From positions 1-24,254 of the forward strand of contig CAIMWN010000105.1 of assembly GCA_903845155.1 (NCBI GenBank): a stretch of 24,254 nucleotides of DNA, given 5' to 3'. Both the position numbers and the translations under genes were made by a program. The notes under the pieces were generated by a model that saw only the letters and a list, made by a program, of their open reading frames with translations, did no database searches and had not been told where the DNA came from. Of the stretch, positions 1 to 8,197 are shown in pieces (the first letter of the stretch is position 1; every line of letters begins with the position of its first letter). This DNA comes from Oligoflexia bacterium (GTDB lineage: Bacteria; Bdellovibrionota; UBA1018; CAIMNF01).

Positions 1-141
1 AGGAGCCATCATTCGAAACGCAGTCTCTACTCCAAGGGTTTGGAGCAAACGATCGAGCTCATTAAGGGATTCCTCTTCAACACCGAGCGTGTAAGCCCGA
101 AGTTTGCCGGAGGGAAAAAGTGATTCTGTATTTTCAATCAT
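1..141 (-). CDS. Partial CDS running off the left edge; possibly an HflX-type GTPase N-terminus (weak)
   Basis: Absent from the ORF track because it is open at the window edge. A reverse-strand ATG at 141..139 opens a stop-free frame down to base 1: MIENTESLFPSGKLRAYTLGVEEESLNELDRLLQTLGVETAFRMMAP. The pattern LGV..ESL.EL..L..T.GVE resembles HflX N-terminal domains. Only 47 aa are visible. Confidence 0.3.
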   Translation of the reverse strand, partial: MIENTESLFPSGKLRAYTLGVEEESLNELDRLLQTLGVETAFRMMAP

Positions 142-175
142 AGTCCTGCTAATCTGTTATCCAGGAGAAAAACTC

Positions 176-1096
176 ATGAGCACCCTACTTTCAGCAAAAA
201 ACCGCGGTACCATCATCAGCCTGAATGGAAAAATAATACCTGTGGACGAGGCAAATGTCTCTGTTTTTGATCGAAGTTTCCTCTATGGAGACAGCCTATA
301 TGAAGTGGTGATTACGTATCAGGGGAAGGCTTTTAGGCTCAAAGAGCATCTCCACCGGCTAGAGAAGTCTGCCGCCCTTTGTCAGATGACCTTTTCGCAG
401 CCTATTGCGGAATATGAGCGGGAACTCCTCAACTGTATCGCTGCATACCGAGCTCAGAAGGGCCGCGAAAATGAAGATGTTTACGCAAGAATTGTGGTTT
501 CTCGTGGAAGTGGGAGAATTGGCTTTGGTTTAAGCAATCTCGAAACACCCACTACCTATGTCGTCATCGTGGAACCACTTTCCCTATTTCCAAACAAACC
601 CTTTTCAGTCGGCACTAAACTTCAAATTTCAAAACGGATGAGAAATCATCCTAAAACAATTGACCCTGCAATGAAGTCAGGAAATTACCTCAACAGCCTA
701 TTAGCTTATTTGACGGCCTCCGAAGAAGGATTTGATGATGCCCTGATGCTCGATCATCAAGGCTTTATGACAGAAGGAACGACTTTCAATATTTTCTATG
801 CAAATCGAGGTATCGTAGCAACACCTCCTCTCGATGTTGGAATATTAGATGGTGTCACAAGACGTGCGCTCATTAATCTTTGCGTGGAACTGGGAATTCC
901 CTGCCGCGAAGTGCGCTTTCCAAAGGAATATCTCTATCAAGCAGATGAAGTATTTGCAGTGAGCACGACGAAAGAAGTCACTCCTGTGGTTCAACTGGAT
1001 GATCGAAAGATAAATGGTGGAAAAATTGGACCCATTTCAACCAAACTAAAGAAGGCCTTTGGTGAACTCGTCACTCGCGAGCTATCACTGACCTAG
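176..1096 (+). CDS. Class IV (fold type IV) PLP aminotransferase: branched-chain amino acid / D-amino acid aminotransferase family
   Basis: ORF 104..1096. I prefer the ATG at 176, which is preceded by AGGAGA, over the TTG at 104. Family hallmarks: FDRSFLYGDSLYEV, catalytic-Lys region MKSGNYLNSLLA, and EGTTFNIF. Confidence 0.85.
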   Translation: MSTLLSAKNRGTIISLNGKIIPVDEANVSVFDRSFLYGDSLYEVVITYQGKAFRLKEHLHRLEKSAALCQMTFSQPIAEYERELLNCIAAYRAQKGRENEDVYARIVVSRGSGRIGFGLSNLETPTTYVVIVEPLSLFPNKPFSVGTKLQISKRMRNHPKTIDPAMKSGNYLNSLLAYLTASEEGFDDALMLDHQGFMTEGTTFNIFYANRGIVATPPLDVGILDGVTRRALINLCVELGIPCREVRFPKEYLYQADEVFAVSTTKEVTPVVQLDDRKINGGKIGPISTKLKKAFGELVTRELSLT

Positions 1097-2178
1097 TTTT
1101 GTTTCGGCTGCTCAACCGAACTCGTCAACGCAGTTTTGAATCTGCCTACGATCGCTCCACGGGTCGTGTCTTTGCTATTCACTCCATCTACATTCATGCT
1201 ACCTAAAAGCAAATTCACGACAGGATCAGTGAGTGTCGGATAAGACAATTGCCCTAAGAAAATCTGTGTTTGAAGCGCTAACTCAAGAACAGTCGAATCA
1301 TAATCCACTTGTTCGTTATTACGAGCATCAAAGTTAGGAACCCATTTTCCTTTTTGGGAGGCGAGAGCAATCACCGCTTTTAACTGATCCGCGCTCGGAG
1401 AGTTTCCTTCAACTGAAGATGAGGCAAGCGTAACAGCCGATAATTTTAAAAAATCTTGCCTTACTTGCAGAATGTAAACTGCATCTTGCTCTGAGCGAAG
1501 GACTTCCTTACGATAAGCAGGAATGGAAGCGGAGTCAATTTTCCCGCTTTCTTCCAAACTTTTCACCTTTAAGCCTTCAGCAATCATTGACAACATGCTC
1601 ACTGGCGGACTCGCCGTTTTATCGAGCAGCTCAGTTTGATAATCATTTATAAAATGCAATGAAGCCGCGAGCGCAAAGAGATTTTTAGTTCTTGGATCTG
1701 CAAAAACGGTAGGATTGGCTAAGCTCGGAACTGATTTACGATCAATGATATATTCGCGAACTTTTTTGAAAAAATCTCTCACCGCGGTAGCCATCAGTTG
1801 CTCGCGCACCGCTTTATTTTCGAGTTTCGGTTGCCAAAACTGAAATTCCATCGAGCCCAAATATTCAGAAGCGCAACTATTTTTAGCGCCTTGATCGCTC
1901 GCCTTCTCCATTTCATCCAGTGAATGCTGTCTCGCTTCCAGGCCTCCGCCCATGCGCATCGTTTCGAAGGTAGCATCCGAATATTTTAAAATCACATTTG
2001 AAGTTCCATCCATGTGCTGAGTAGTATCAGCCATATTACTCGTTTTTTTTGCCAGATCATGAGTCGTAGTCGTCATGTCTTGAGTAGACGCTTGCATGGT
2101 ATCCAAGTTTTTCATAGCTCCGCAGCCAGAAACAAGAGCTAGCGTCAAAACAAGTGACTGTGGTTTAAAATTCTTCAT
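1093..2178 (-). CDS. Hypothetical lipoprotein (mostly helical, Thr/Met-rich N-terminal region)
   Basis: ORF 1093..2253. The internal ATG at 2178 gives MKNFKPQSLVLTLALVSGC, a classic lipobox (LVSGC). I recognise no family. Confidence 0.7.
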   Translation of the reverse strand: MKNFKPQSLVLTLALVSGCGAMKNLDTMQASTQDMTTTTHDLAKKTSNMADTTQHMDGTSNVILKYSDATFETMRMGGGLEARQHSLDEMEKASDQGAKNSCASEYLGSMEFQFWQPKLENKAVREQLMATAVRDFFKKVREYIIDRKSVPSLANPTVFADPRTKNLFALAASLHFINDYQTELLDKTASPPVSMLSMIAEGLKVKSLEESGKIDSASIPAYRKEVLRSEQDAVYILQVRQDFLKLSAVTLASSSVEGNSPSADQLKAVIALASQKGKWVPNFDARNNEQVDYDSTVLELALQTQIFLGQLSYPTLTDPVVNLLLGSMNVDGVNSKDTTRGAIVGRFKTALTSSVEQPKQN

Positions 2179-2289
2179 GCGCGAATAGTACACGACCGTT
2201 TCAATCAAGTAAAGACAAAACACCAGACTCACTTGTTTTCCGCCCTCATTCAACTCATTCCATTGCTCATACTTTAGACTTTATTAAAT

Positions 2290-4401
2290 CTAACGTTCGG
2301 CATCCCGAGAGATTTCCACCCTCAAATCTTCAGGCATCACGGACGGCAGAAGTTTTCCCGCAGCAGTTTCTTCGGTTTTCGCCGTAGGCACAACCACTGG
2401 CACCGTTCGAGCACTTTCAAGGAGGCGCTTCAATTCAAACTTCTCATCCTCATCATCCATCTTGTCAATTTCGGTTTCGATCTCTTCAATTTCAGGGTTG
2501 AGGTTATCGTCTTTCTCATTATACTTTTCATGAGCCCTCGTTTCGACCATCTCTTTTTCAAAATGAGTGGGGATAGAGTTTACTAAATCTAGCACCATTT
2601 GATTTTCAGTTTGCTCTGCCAAATGATTATCAAAGCAAAAGGCCGAAGTTTCATATTGATGTGAAGAGTGATCATCCAAGTTCGGACTTCCCACTGAAAC
2701 CATCACTCGATCAAACATGGTTTCTTTGGCGTGAATATAATTAAAATACTGATAAAAATGAATTCCTGTTCCTTCGTGCAAGAAATTTACAGCGGAAATT
2801 CCACCTCTAAAGGCTTTAAAATCTAAAAGCTCCATAAAGCGTTTTACTTTTTTCGCTAATCCAAACTTGCCCTTCGCATACAAATGCTGACTCCACTCGC
2901 GAATGACCATTGAGATCTCGCCCGCACAAGAGTTCACGTCTGGCATTACCACATATGAAACCAAGCCTGCTTTTTCCTTTTCCCTCAGTGTTTGAAATAA
3001 ATCCGCAACTGCGTATTTTTTTCGAATGACTCTTTTGTCATAAGTAACCCCTGGGGTCGTAAAGAAGGCGCTATCTTTTGCAACTTGTAGATAGCGATTA
3101 GTAATCCCAAAAATAGTGGCCTTACTTTTAATTGGATCCTGCTGAAGAACTCTGCAAACCCCATTCATTCCTTCTTGATGAGTGTACCAGTTGGAGTAGT
3201 TATCACGTCCACGCACGTGGGCGTCCCTTTGCGCTTCTTTAGTTTCTTTTACGTTTGCAATATAGTCGTCGATGGGAAAACGCTTTAACGACTTTTTACG
3301 AGCATGCCGTTTCCACACTTTCAAGAACTCATCCTCAAGATCGGCAACCATCGGACCGCGAACATAAAGATCAGTATCTCTATTTTTAAAGTTAAATCCA
3401 TCGGCGGCTGTTTCAGGGCGAACCATATTTTCTCCGCCCAAAATAGCTTCTTCGCCATCACGAGTAATAAATTTACTATGCGAAAACCCCTTGGTTTTGA
3501 ACATGTCTCGAATGCCGGTCACCTTGACGCCACCACGCTCAAGGCGATTCATGCATTTGTGAAGAAAAAGCACTCGATAAAAATTCTCGAGACTCACCCT
3601 CACATCTACGCCCTCTTTTGCCTTGTCAATTAGTGCCTGAATCAGGCCTTCCGTCCCGCGATCGCAAGCGATAAACATGGTCGTGAAAAAAACGTATTTT
3701 TTCGCATTCCTAATCAACTTCACTTTTTCATCGTAAGAATAACCATTCGCAAGCAGATTGAGGTGATTGCCCTTTGTCAGTTCCGTATTGGAATAATCAT
3801 CCACCTCTTTTTGTAAGTCAGCACTCATGTAGGCGGGATTGAGATCTTTTCGACTCGTCACCGGTTTTAAAATATTTATGTAGTAATCGTTCTTTTCTTC
3901 GAGCGTACGAAGAGGAGGGTGCGGTAAAGATCCCCATGAGTCTAAGTAGAGAAAAGGATTTTTGTAGCGAAAAGAGGCTTCGTCATATTCAAAAGACTCA
4001 AAAAGCTTGGTGTGCGAAGTTAAAAAATCTTTCGCCGGAAAAAGGTCCATCACATTTTTGGGTTCAAAAACATAGAGTGCTTGATTTCTTTTTACGTTAA
4101 AAGAATTCACCGAAAGTATAGTGCCCATCTTGTCATCGACGCTAAACTGAAGATCACTTGCGGACACCAGATCTTCATCATTTTTCATATCCGCCTGGAG
4201 TGATTTTGTTTCTCGGCTTTCATTGGGCTGAATCAACCCCCGTCCATTTTTAGCAAAGTACTGATCAAGTTCAGCGATGCCGAAAACATTGAGAGCAAAC
4301 GCAAACGGAGTCTGAACTAGGAAGAGAAAAAGAAGTGCCGTGATAATCGTGAGAACCGTCCGCATTCGAGGGAGTTTACGTTTTAAAATAATTTTGAGCA
4401 A
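2290..4401 (-). CDS. Phospholipase D / cardiolipin-synthase-like protein with two HKD motifs, an N-terminal signal or anchor, and an acidic C-terminal tail
   Basis: HKD motif 1 is HSKFITRD...GGEN (nt 3457..3480). HKD motif 2 is HAKETMFD...GSPNLD (nt 2710..2733). Both have Cls/PLD-style context (NRDTDLYVRGPMVADLEDEF..W). The ORF opens with TTG at 4401. The ATG at 4365 (MRTVLTIITALLFLFLVQTPFAFA) is an equally good start and gives a cleaner signal peptide. Confidence 0.85.
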   Translation of the reverse strand: MLKIILKRKLPRMRTVLTIITALLFLFLVQTPFAFALNVFGIAELDQYFAKNGRGLIQPNESRETKSLQADMKNDEDLVSASDLQFSVDDKMGTILSVNSFNVKRNQALYVFEPKNVMDLFPAKDFLTSHTKLFESFEYDEASFRYKNPFLYLDSWGSLPHPPLRTLEEKNDYYINILKPVTSRKDLNPAYMSADLQKEVDDYSNTELTKGNHLNLLANGYSYDEKVKLIRNAKKYVFFTTMFIACDRGTEGLIQALIDKAKEGVDVRVSLENFYRVLFLHKCMNRLERGGVKVTGIRDMFKTKGFSHSKFITRDGEEAILGGENMVRPETAADGFNFKNRDTDLYVRGPMVADLEDEFLKVWKRHARKKSLKRFPIDDYIANVKETKEAQRDAHVRGRDNYSNWYTHQEGMNGVCRVLQQDPIKSKATIFGITNRYLQVAKDSAFFTTPGVTYDKRVIRKKYAVADLFQTLREKEKAGLVSYVVMPDVNSCAGEISMVIREWSQHLYAKGKFGLAKKVKRFMELLDFKAFRGGISAVNFLHEGTGIHFYQYFNYIHAKETMFDRVMVSVGSPNLDDHSSHQYETSAFCFDNHLAEQTENQMVLDLVNSIPTHFEKEMVETRAHEKYNEKDDNLNPEIEEIETEIDKMDDEDEKFELKRLLESARTVPVVVPTAKTEETAAGKLLPSVMPEDLRVEISRDAER

Positions 4402-4465
4402 GTAGCATTTACACAGATGTTATATAAAAATCACTGCTTTTCATTGGGAAATACAACGAAAACAC

Positions 4466-5536
4466 TTAACTGCGACTGGGTATTATTTTGAATTTTCTAC
4501 TCGGCGGGTTTTCCGAAGCATCGACGGCGATGAGCTCCAATTGAGGTATCTGATAACGCTCGTTCTTTTTCTTAATTTTTACAGTGATGTATTTATCTTC
4601 CCGCGCAATGGGGGCTGGATCTTCAAGGCGATAGTATATGGCTTTATTTTCTAGAACTTCGACACTTAATCCTTTTTCGTTGAGGCTGAGTAACCAATCT
4701 AGAAAATGAATGACTTTGTTATTTTCAAGCTCTACGGTCCATCGGGGAATATTCATATATTTCCAATCTGCCACCCCTTGATCACTAATAGTATATTGAT
4801 TGCGCAAAGTCTGTGGGTGGATCTCAGTACGGATATTTAAAAGCCTTACTGCTTTATCTATGGAAAGAAAAATTTCACCCTGATCTTTAAGAATAGCGAG
4901 GTATTTATTTAAAACCAATGTTGGATTTGAAGTGTAAGACATCACACCCGCCCGGTCTAAAATCACAGAAGGATGGCCTAACTTGTCGTTTGGAATATCC
5001 TCAAAAAATGATCCTTGAATCACACTGAGCTTGCCATGATACGCAGCTACATTGATTTTGCGTTCAAGCTGTTGGGTGACGGCGATGAGCGAGGGGCGGG
5101 TTAGTAACGGTTTTTCACTTATTTTTTTTAGAGCGGATGCAAAATTCTGATTTGATTTTATTCGAGTTCTAGTAATATTTAACTCCGCTTGTTCAAAATC
5201 AAAAAGTTTTTCGAGATCAGTCATCATCAACTGCTCTCCAGCGACCACATTTCCGGCACCTGCCTCTAAGATCGTTGTGTCCGCTCCCAGCGTTGCAAGC
5301 TTATCTGCTAATTCCTGAGGAAAAGTTCTAAGGTAATCGAGAAGATCGCGATCGCGAGTAAAGCCGGCAGCATAGCTCGAATTCCTGCCTTGATTGGCAA
5401 CCACTTCTCTTAAAATCAGGGAGCAGGAATTCGTGGGCACATCCAAATGAACTTCTTCAGATTGAGCGCGCCTCGATCCGAAAAGAATTAAGCCATGTAT
5501 GAAGAACAAAGTAACGACAAGTCGCTGGCGATCCAC
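4466..5536 (-). CDS. Class I SAM-methyltransferase-fold protein with an N-terminal hydrophobic signal or anchor
   Basis: GTG start at 5536. Motif I-like ILEAGAGNV lies at nt 5246..5272. Later segments fit the fold: KLSVIQGSFFEDIP, HPSVILDRAGVMSYTSNP, LNKYLAILKDQGEIFLSI. The N-terminus is MDRQRLVVTLFFIHGLILFGSRRA. Confidence 0.6.
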   Translation of the reverse strand: MDRQRLVVTLFFIHGLILFGSRRAQSEEVHLDVPTNSCSLILREVVANQGRNSSYAAGFTRDRDLLDYLRTFPQELADKLATLGADTTILEAGAGNVVAGEQLMMTDLEKLFDFEQAELNITRTRIKSNQNFASALKKISEKPLLTRPSLIAVTQQLERKINVAAYHGKLSVIQGSFFEDIPNDKLGHPSVILDRAGVMSYTSNPTLVLNKYLAILKDQGEIFLSIDKAVRLLNIRTEIHPQTLRNQYTISDQGVADWKYMNIPRWTVELENNKVIHFLDWLLSLNEKGLSVEVLENKAIYYRLEDPAPIAREDKYITVKIKKKNERYQIPQLELIAVDASENPPSRKFKIIPSRS

Positions 5537-5588
5537 ATCGCTTTATCGACTTTTAAGCCGATTTTCTTAAATAAACGCCAGAATTGAT

Positions 5589-6371
5589 CTAGATTAGACG
5601 AATGATTGGTTTATGTAGCTTTCCATTAGTCGCCACCACTTCCACACCATGGTGATCAAACTTCCCACCGCTAAAATCAGTCACTTTACCGCCCGCTTCC
5701 TGCACGAGTAATGAACCAGCTGCAACATCCCAAGGAGAAAGATGGCGTTCCCAAAAACCGTCAAAAACACCGCGCGCCGTGTATGCGAGATCGAGGGCCG
5801 CGCTACCGGGCCTTCTCACTGCGCGAGAAGCTCGGCTGACTTTTTCAAAGGAAGACATTTCGGTAGAAAGCAAATCCCGTTGTCGATAGGCAAAACCAGT
5901 CGAAAAAAGAGCATCATGTAATTTAGTCGTTTTTGAAACATGCATGCGGACGCCATTCATGTAAGCACCTTGACCACGAATTGCCGTATAAAGCTCATCT
6001 AAAATGGGATGGTACGTAACTGCGACTTCTACCCGGGTGCCTATCTGAGCTGCAATCGTGACACAAAACATAGGAAAGCGATGAACAAAGTTAGTCGTCC
6101 CATCGAGAGGATCCACAATCCACATTCCTCTTTGGCCTTTGAGCATCACTCCCTTTGAATGTGTCTCTTCCGTCAATAAAGCGAACGTGGGTTCACACTT
6201 CTGCAGTACTCTGAGTGCTGTCTCTTCGGCCTCAACATCTGCGTTCGTGACCAAACCTAATTTTCCCTTTTCCCGAACAATCAGTTTTCGAGTGAAATGC
6301 TTGCGAATCACTTTGCCAGCTTGAAACGCCGCTTCCACTGCCCCTGCGAGTAAAGATTCATGTGTATTCAT
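5589..6371 (-). CDS. suhB: Inositol monophosphatase family protein (SuhB/IMPase)
   Basis: IMPase signatures: WIVDPLDGTTNF, metal-binding EE in LLTEETH, and the C-terminal WDVAAG motif. The length of 260 aa is typical. Confidence 0.9.
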   Translation of the reverse strand: MNTHESLLAGAVEAAFQAGKVIRKHFTRKLIVREKGKLGLVTNADVEAEETALRVLQKCEPTFALLTEETHSKGVMLKGQRGMWIVDPLDGTTNFVHRFPMFCVTIAAQIGTRVEVAVTYHPILDELYTAIRGQGAYMNGVRMHVSKTTKLHDALFSTGFAYRQRDLLSTEMSSFEKVSRASRAVRRPGSAALDLAYTARGVFDGFWERHLSPWDVAAGSLLVQEAGGKVTDFSGGKFDHHGVEVVATNGKLHKPIIRLI

Positions 6372-6475
6372 AATGGAGAGTGTAACTGAGTCAACTCGTT
6401 GACACCAATAAAAATGAATCTACCTAAAATAATTGATTAACTTTGTCGGAACCCTGATGCTTCACACTTGATGCG

Positions 6476-6504
6476 TTGACACCCATCCGGGGGCAACCTA
6501 CACT
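6476..6504 (+). promoter_or_regulatory. Candidate sigma-70 promoter for the 6545 gene
   Basis: TTGACA (6476..6481), a 17-nt spacer, then TACACT (6499..6504), about 40 nt upstream of the GGAGGGA-preceded ATG at 6545. Sequence pattern only. Confidence 0.35.
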
Positions 6505-6544
6505 ATTAAGGTATGCAGTACCAAGGTCTAGGAGGGACCAAATT

Positions 6545-7645
6545 ATGGCTTCTTTCATCTACTTCTACTCTAAATTTACAGAAGAATTTTTGCTATTGAG
6601 CGCAGCCGGTGTATTCACACTTCTCTCCGTTTATTGCTATCATTGGGTGATTAAAAAACGACGTCTCGGCGCAGCCCGTAATGTGGTGCCCGCAGGAATG
6701 GTAAAAGTTTATTTAAACCAATTGATTAACGAAGCTCAATTTGTCCGCACACAACTTTTTGGTCTCCTCGGCGCCCAAGGCGCCAATGCAAACCCTGCTG
6801 ACATGGCTGCATTTCTAAAAAACAATACCCCTTCCGTTACTCCGCAAGCTTCACCAATCATTACTTCAAATGCCGGTGATTCTGCAATTTCAAAAGACTT
6901 GTTAGAACGACTCGCTGCTCTTGAGTCTCAGTTGGTTAAAAAAGAAGGCATGGTCGTCAATGTCAACATTGAGAAAACCAAACTCTTAGAAGAAATTGAA
7001 AATTTAAAACAAAATCAAAAGGCCATTTCTAGTGCAGGCTCTTCGGGCGATGGCGAACTCGCGAAGAAAGTAAAACTTCTAGAAGAACGTCTCGAAGAAT
7101 ACGCCCTCTTTGAAGACGATCTAGCGAATTTAAAACGACTTCAGCAAGAAAACACTCAACTGAAAAAACGGCTCGATGATATCGGAAACGATACTGGCCC
7201 CATCTTGAAACCAGCAGAAGCAGCGCCCGCTCCTCAAAAAGAAAAAGAAAAAGAAAAGAAACCAAGCCTTTCATTAGACCAAGCGGCAATTGATTCACTG
7301 TTAAATGGCGTCACTCCCGCTTCTCAGTCCGTTGTTGAAGAGCCTAGCTTTACTGCGCCCGAAGTCATTCCTAACAAACCCACCCTTTCAGTTGCTCCCG
7401 CTCCATCGGATATAGAAAAGAATGAGGCGGCAATTAACGCATTGGTCGCTGATGTGAAAGCACCAAACGTTGCTCCAACGGTCGATTCATTCGAAAAATT
7501 AGTAGATTCGGTTGAAAATAGCCTTGATCAAGTGGTTGCAGCCCCTGCAAAAGAGGAGCTACCCACTGTGTCTGTTGACGCAAGTCTTGCGAGCAAGACG
7601 GATGAAGAACTACTCAAGGAATTCGAAAATCTTCTTAATTCTTAA
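6545..7645 (+). CDS. Hypothetical membrane-anchored coiled-coil protein with a Pro/Ala-rich C-terminal half
   Basis: ORF 6476..7645. The ATG at 6545 is preceded by GGAGGGA. There is one N-terminal TM segment (FLLLSAAGVFTLLSVYCYHWVI), heptad-like stretches (LERLAALESQLVKKE..., LLEERLEEYALFEDDLANLKRLQQENTQLKKRL) and a KE-repeat. Confidence 0.65.
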   Translation: MASFIYFYSKFTEEFLLLSAAGVFTLLSVYCYHWVIKKRRLGAARNVVPAGMVKVYLNQLINEAQFVRTQLFGLLGAQGANANPADMAAFLKNNTPSVTPQASPIITSNAGDSAISKDLLERLAALESQLVKKEGMVVNVNIEKTKLLEEIENLKQNQKAISSAGSSGDGELAKKVKLLEERLEEYALFEDDLANLKRLQQENTQLKKRLDDIGNDTGPILKPAEAAPAPQKEKEKEKKPSLSLDQAAIDSLLNGVTPASQSVVEEPSFTAPEVIPNKPTLSVAPAPSDIEKNEAAINALVADVKAPNVAPTVDSFEKLVDSVENSLDQVVAAPAKEELPTVSVDASLASKTDEELLKEFENLLNS

Positions 7646-8168
7646 GTTGGCTTTTAATTTTCTGATTTTCGATCGTTTGAATTTTAGAACGAAACTCAAT
7701 TAATTTACCCACCCTATAAAGAAGTGAATTCTCTTGGATTCCGTCCGTTTCTTGATTTCTCCAGCCTTCCAACACATCCCGCTGGTACTGCTGCTCTTTT
7801 TGAACGGTGACCCGAACCGAAGCATCTCCCTCATAAAACCCCTTTGCCACTGTTACCCTAAATCGATACTGGGCCTTGATATAGGGACTGACTGAGCCTA
7901 CCGAATCGATCAAATTTCGTTCTGACGTATTATCGATCCATTTAGTTTGAAGGGTTCCGTTTTCACGGTTCACTACTTCCATCGGGCTTGCCTTCAGCGC
8001 CTCTACCGCAGATTCCCAGGCGAGCGAATATTCAATAATATATATTTTTGAAAAAACCTGCTCAATATCGCCACCCACCGATTTTTTATAGGCGCTCATG
8101 CATGAGGTTTGCAATAGATATGGGGTAAAACTCAGCGTGAGAAGTAAAAGTTTCTGAAGAGCTTTCAT
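7635..8168 (-). CDS. Hypothetical small lipoprotein
   Basis: The signal peptide MKALQKLLLLTLSFTPYLLQTSC ends in a lipobox-like Cys. The body looks beta-rich (YRFRVTVAKGFYEGDASVRVTVQKE). It is divergent from kdsD with only a 29-nt gap. Confidence 0.65.
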   Translation of the reverse strand: MKALQKLLLLTLSFTPYLLQTSCMSAYKKSVGGDIEQVFSKIYIIEYSLAWESAVEALKASPMEVVNRENGTLQTKWIDNTSERNLIDSVGSVSPYIKAQYRFRVTVAKGFYEGDASVRVTVQKEQQYQRDVLEGWRNQETDGIQENSLLYRVGKLIEFRSKIQTIENQKIKSQLKN

Positions 8169-8197
8169 GACAATTAGTGTATCATAAGGGCATGCAC

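Noticed and set aside
104-175. N-terminal extensions in the ORF track: 104 for the aminotransferase, 2253 for the lipoprotein, 6476 for the coiled-coil protein, 8177 for kdsD, 9301 for the dsbA-like gene, 16263 for rplU, 18534 for nadD and 19210 for rsfS.
   Set aside because: In each case a downstream ATG gives the family-typical N-terminus or a proper lipoprotein signal peptide, and usually has a better Shine-Dalgarno. The extensions start at non-ATG codons or add atypical residues.
2290-5536. The methyltransferase plus PLD-fold pair read as a restriction-modification or PLD-nuclease defence system.
   Set aside because: The PLD protein has two HKD motifs in cardiolipin-synthase/phospholipase-type context and a signal peptide. 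The methyltransferase fold has no DNA-methyltransferase catalytic motif that I could find (no DPPY/NPPY or PCQ-type block) and also has an N-terminal hydrophobic segment. I cannot exclude the idea without profile searches, but the sequence argues against it.
6468-6500. Weak resemblance of GATGCGTTGACACCCATCCGGGGGCAACC to the intergenic element (GATGCGTGAG...AATGCCGG...GGCAAA).
   Set aside because: Only short blocks match, and large deletions are needed to align them. The segment is better explained as a TTGACA-N17-TACACT promoter. It should be re-scored only if a profile of the element becomes available.
7239-7262. An A/G-rich microrepeat, (AAAGA/AAAAG)n.
   Set aside because: It simply encodes the QKEKEKEKK low-complexity linker of the coiled-coil protein. 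It is not an independent repeat element.
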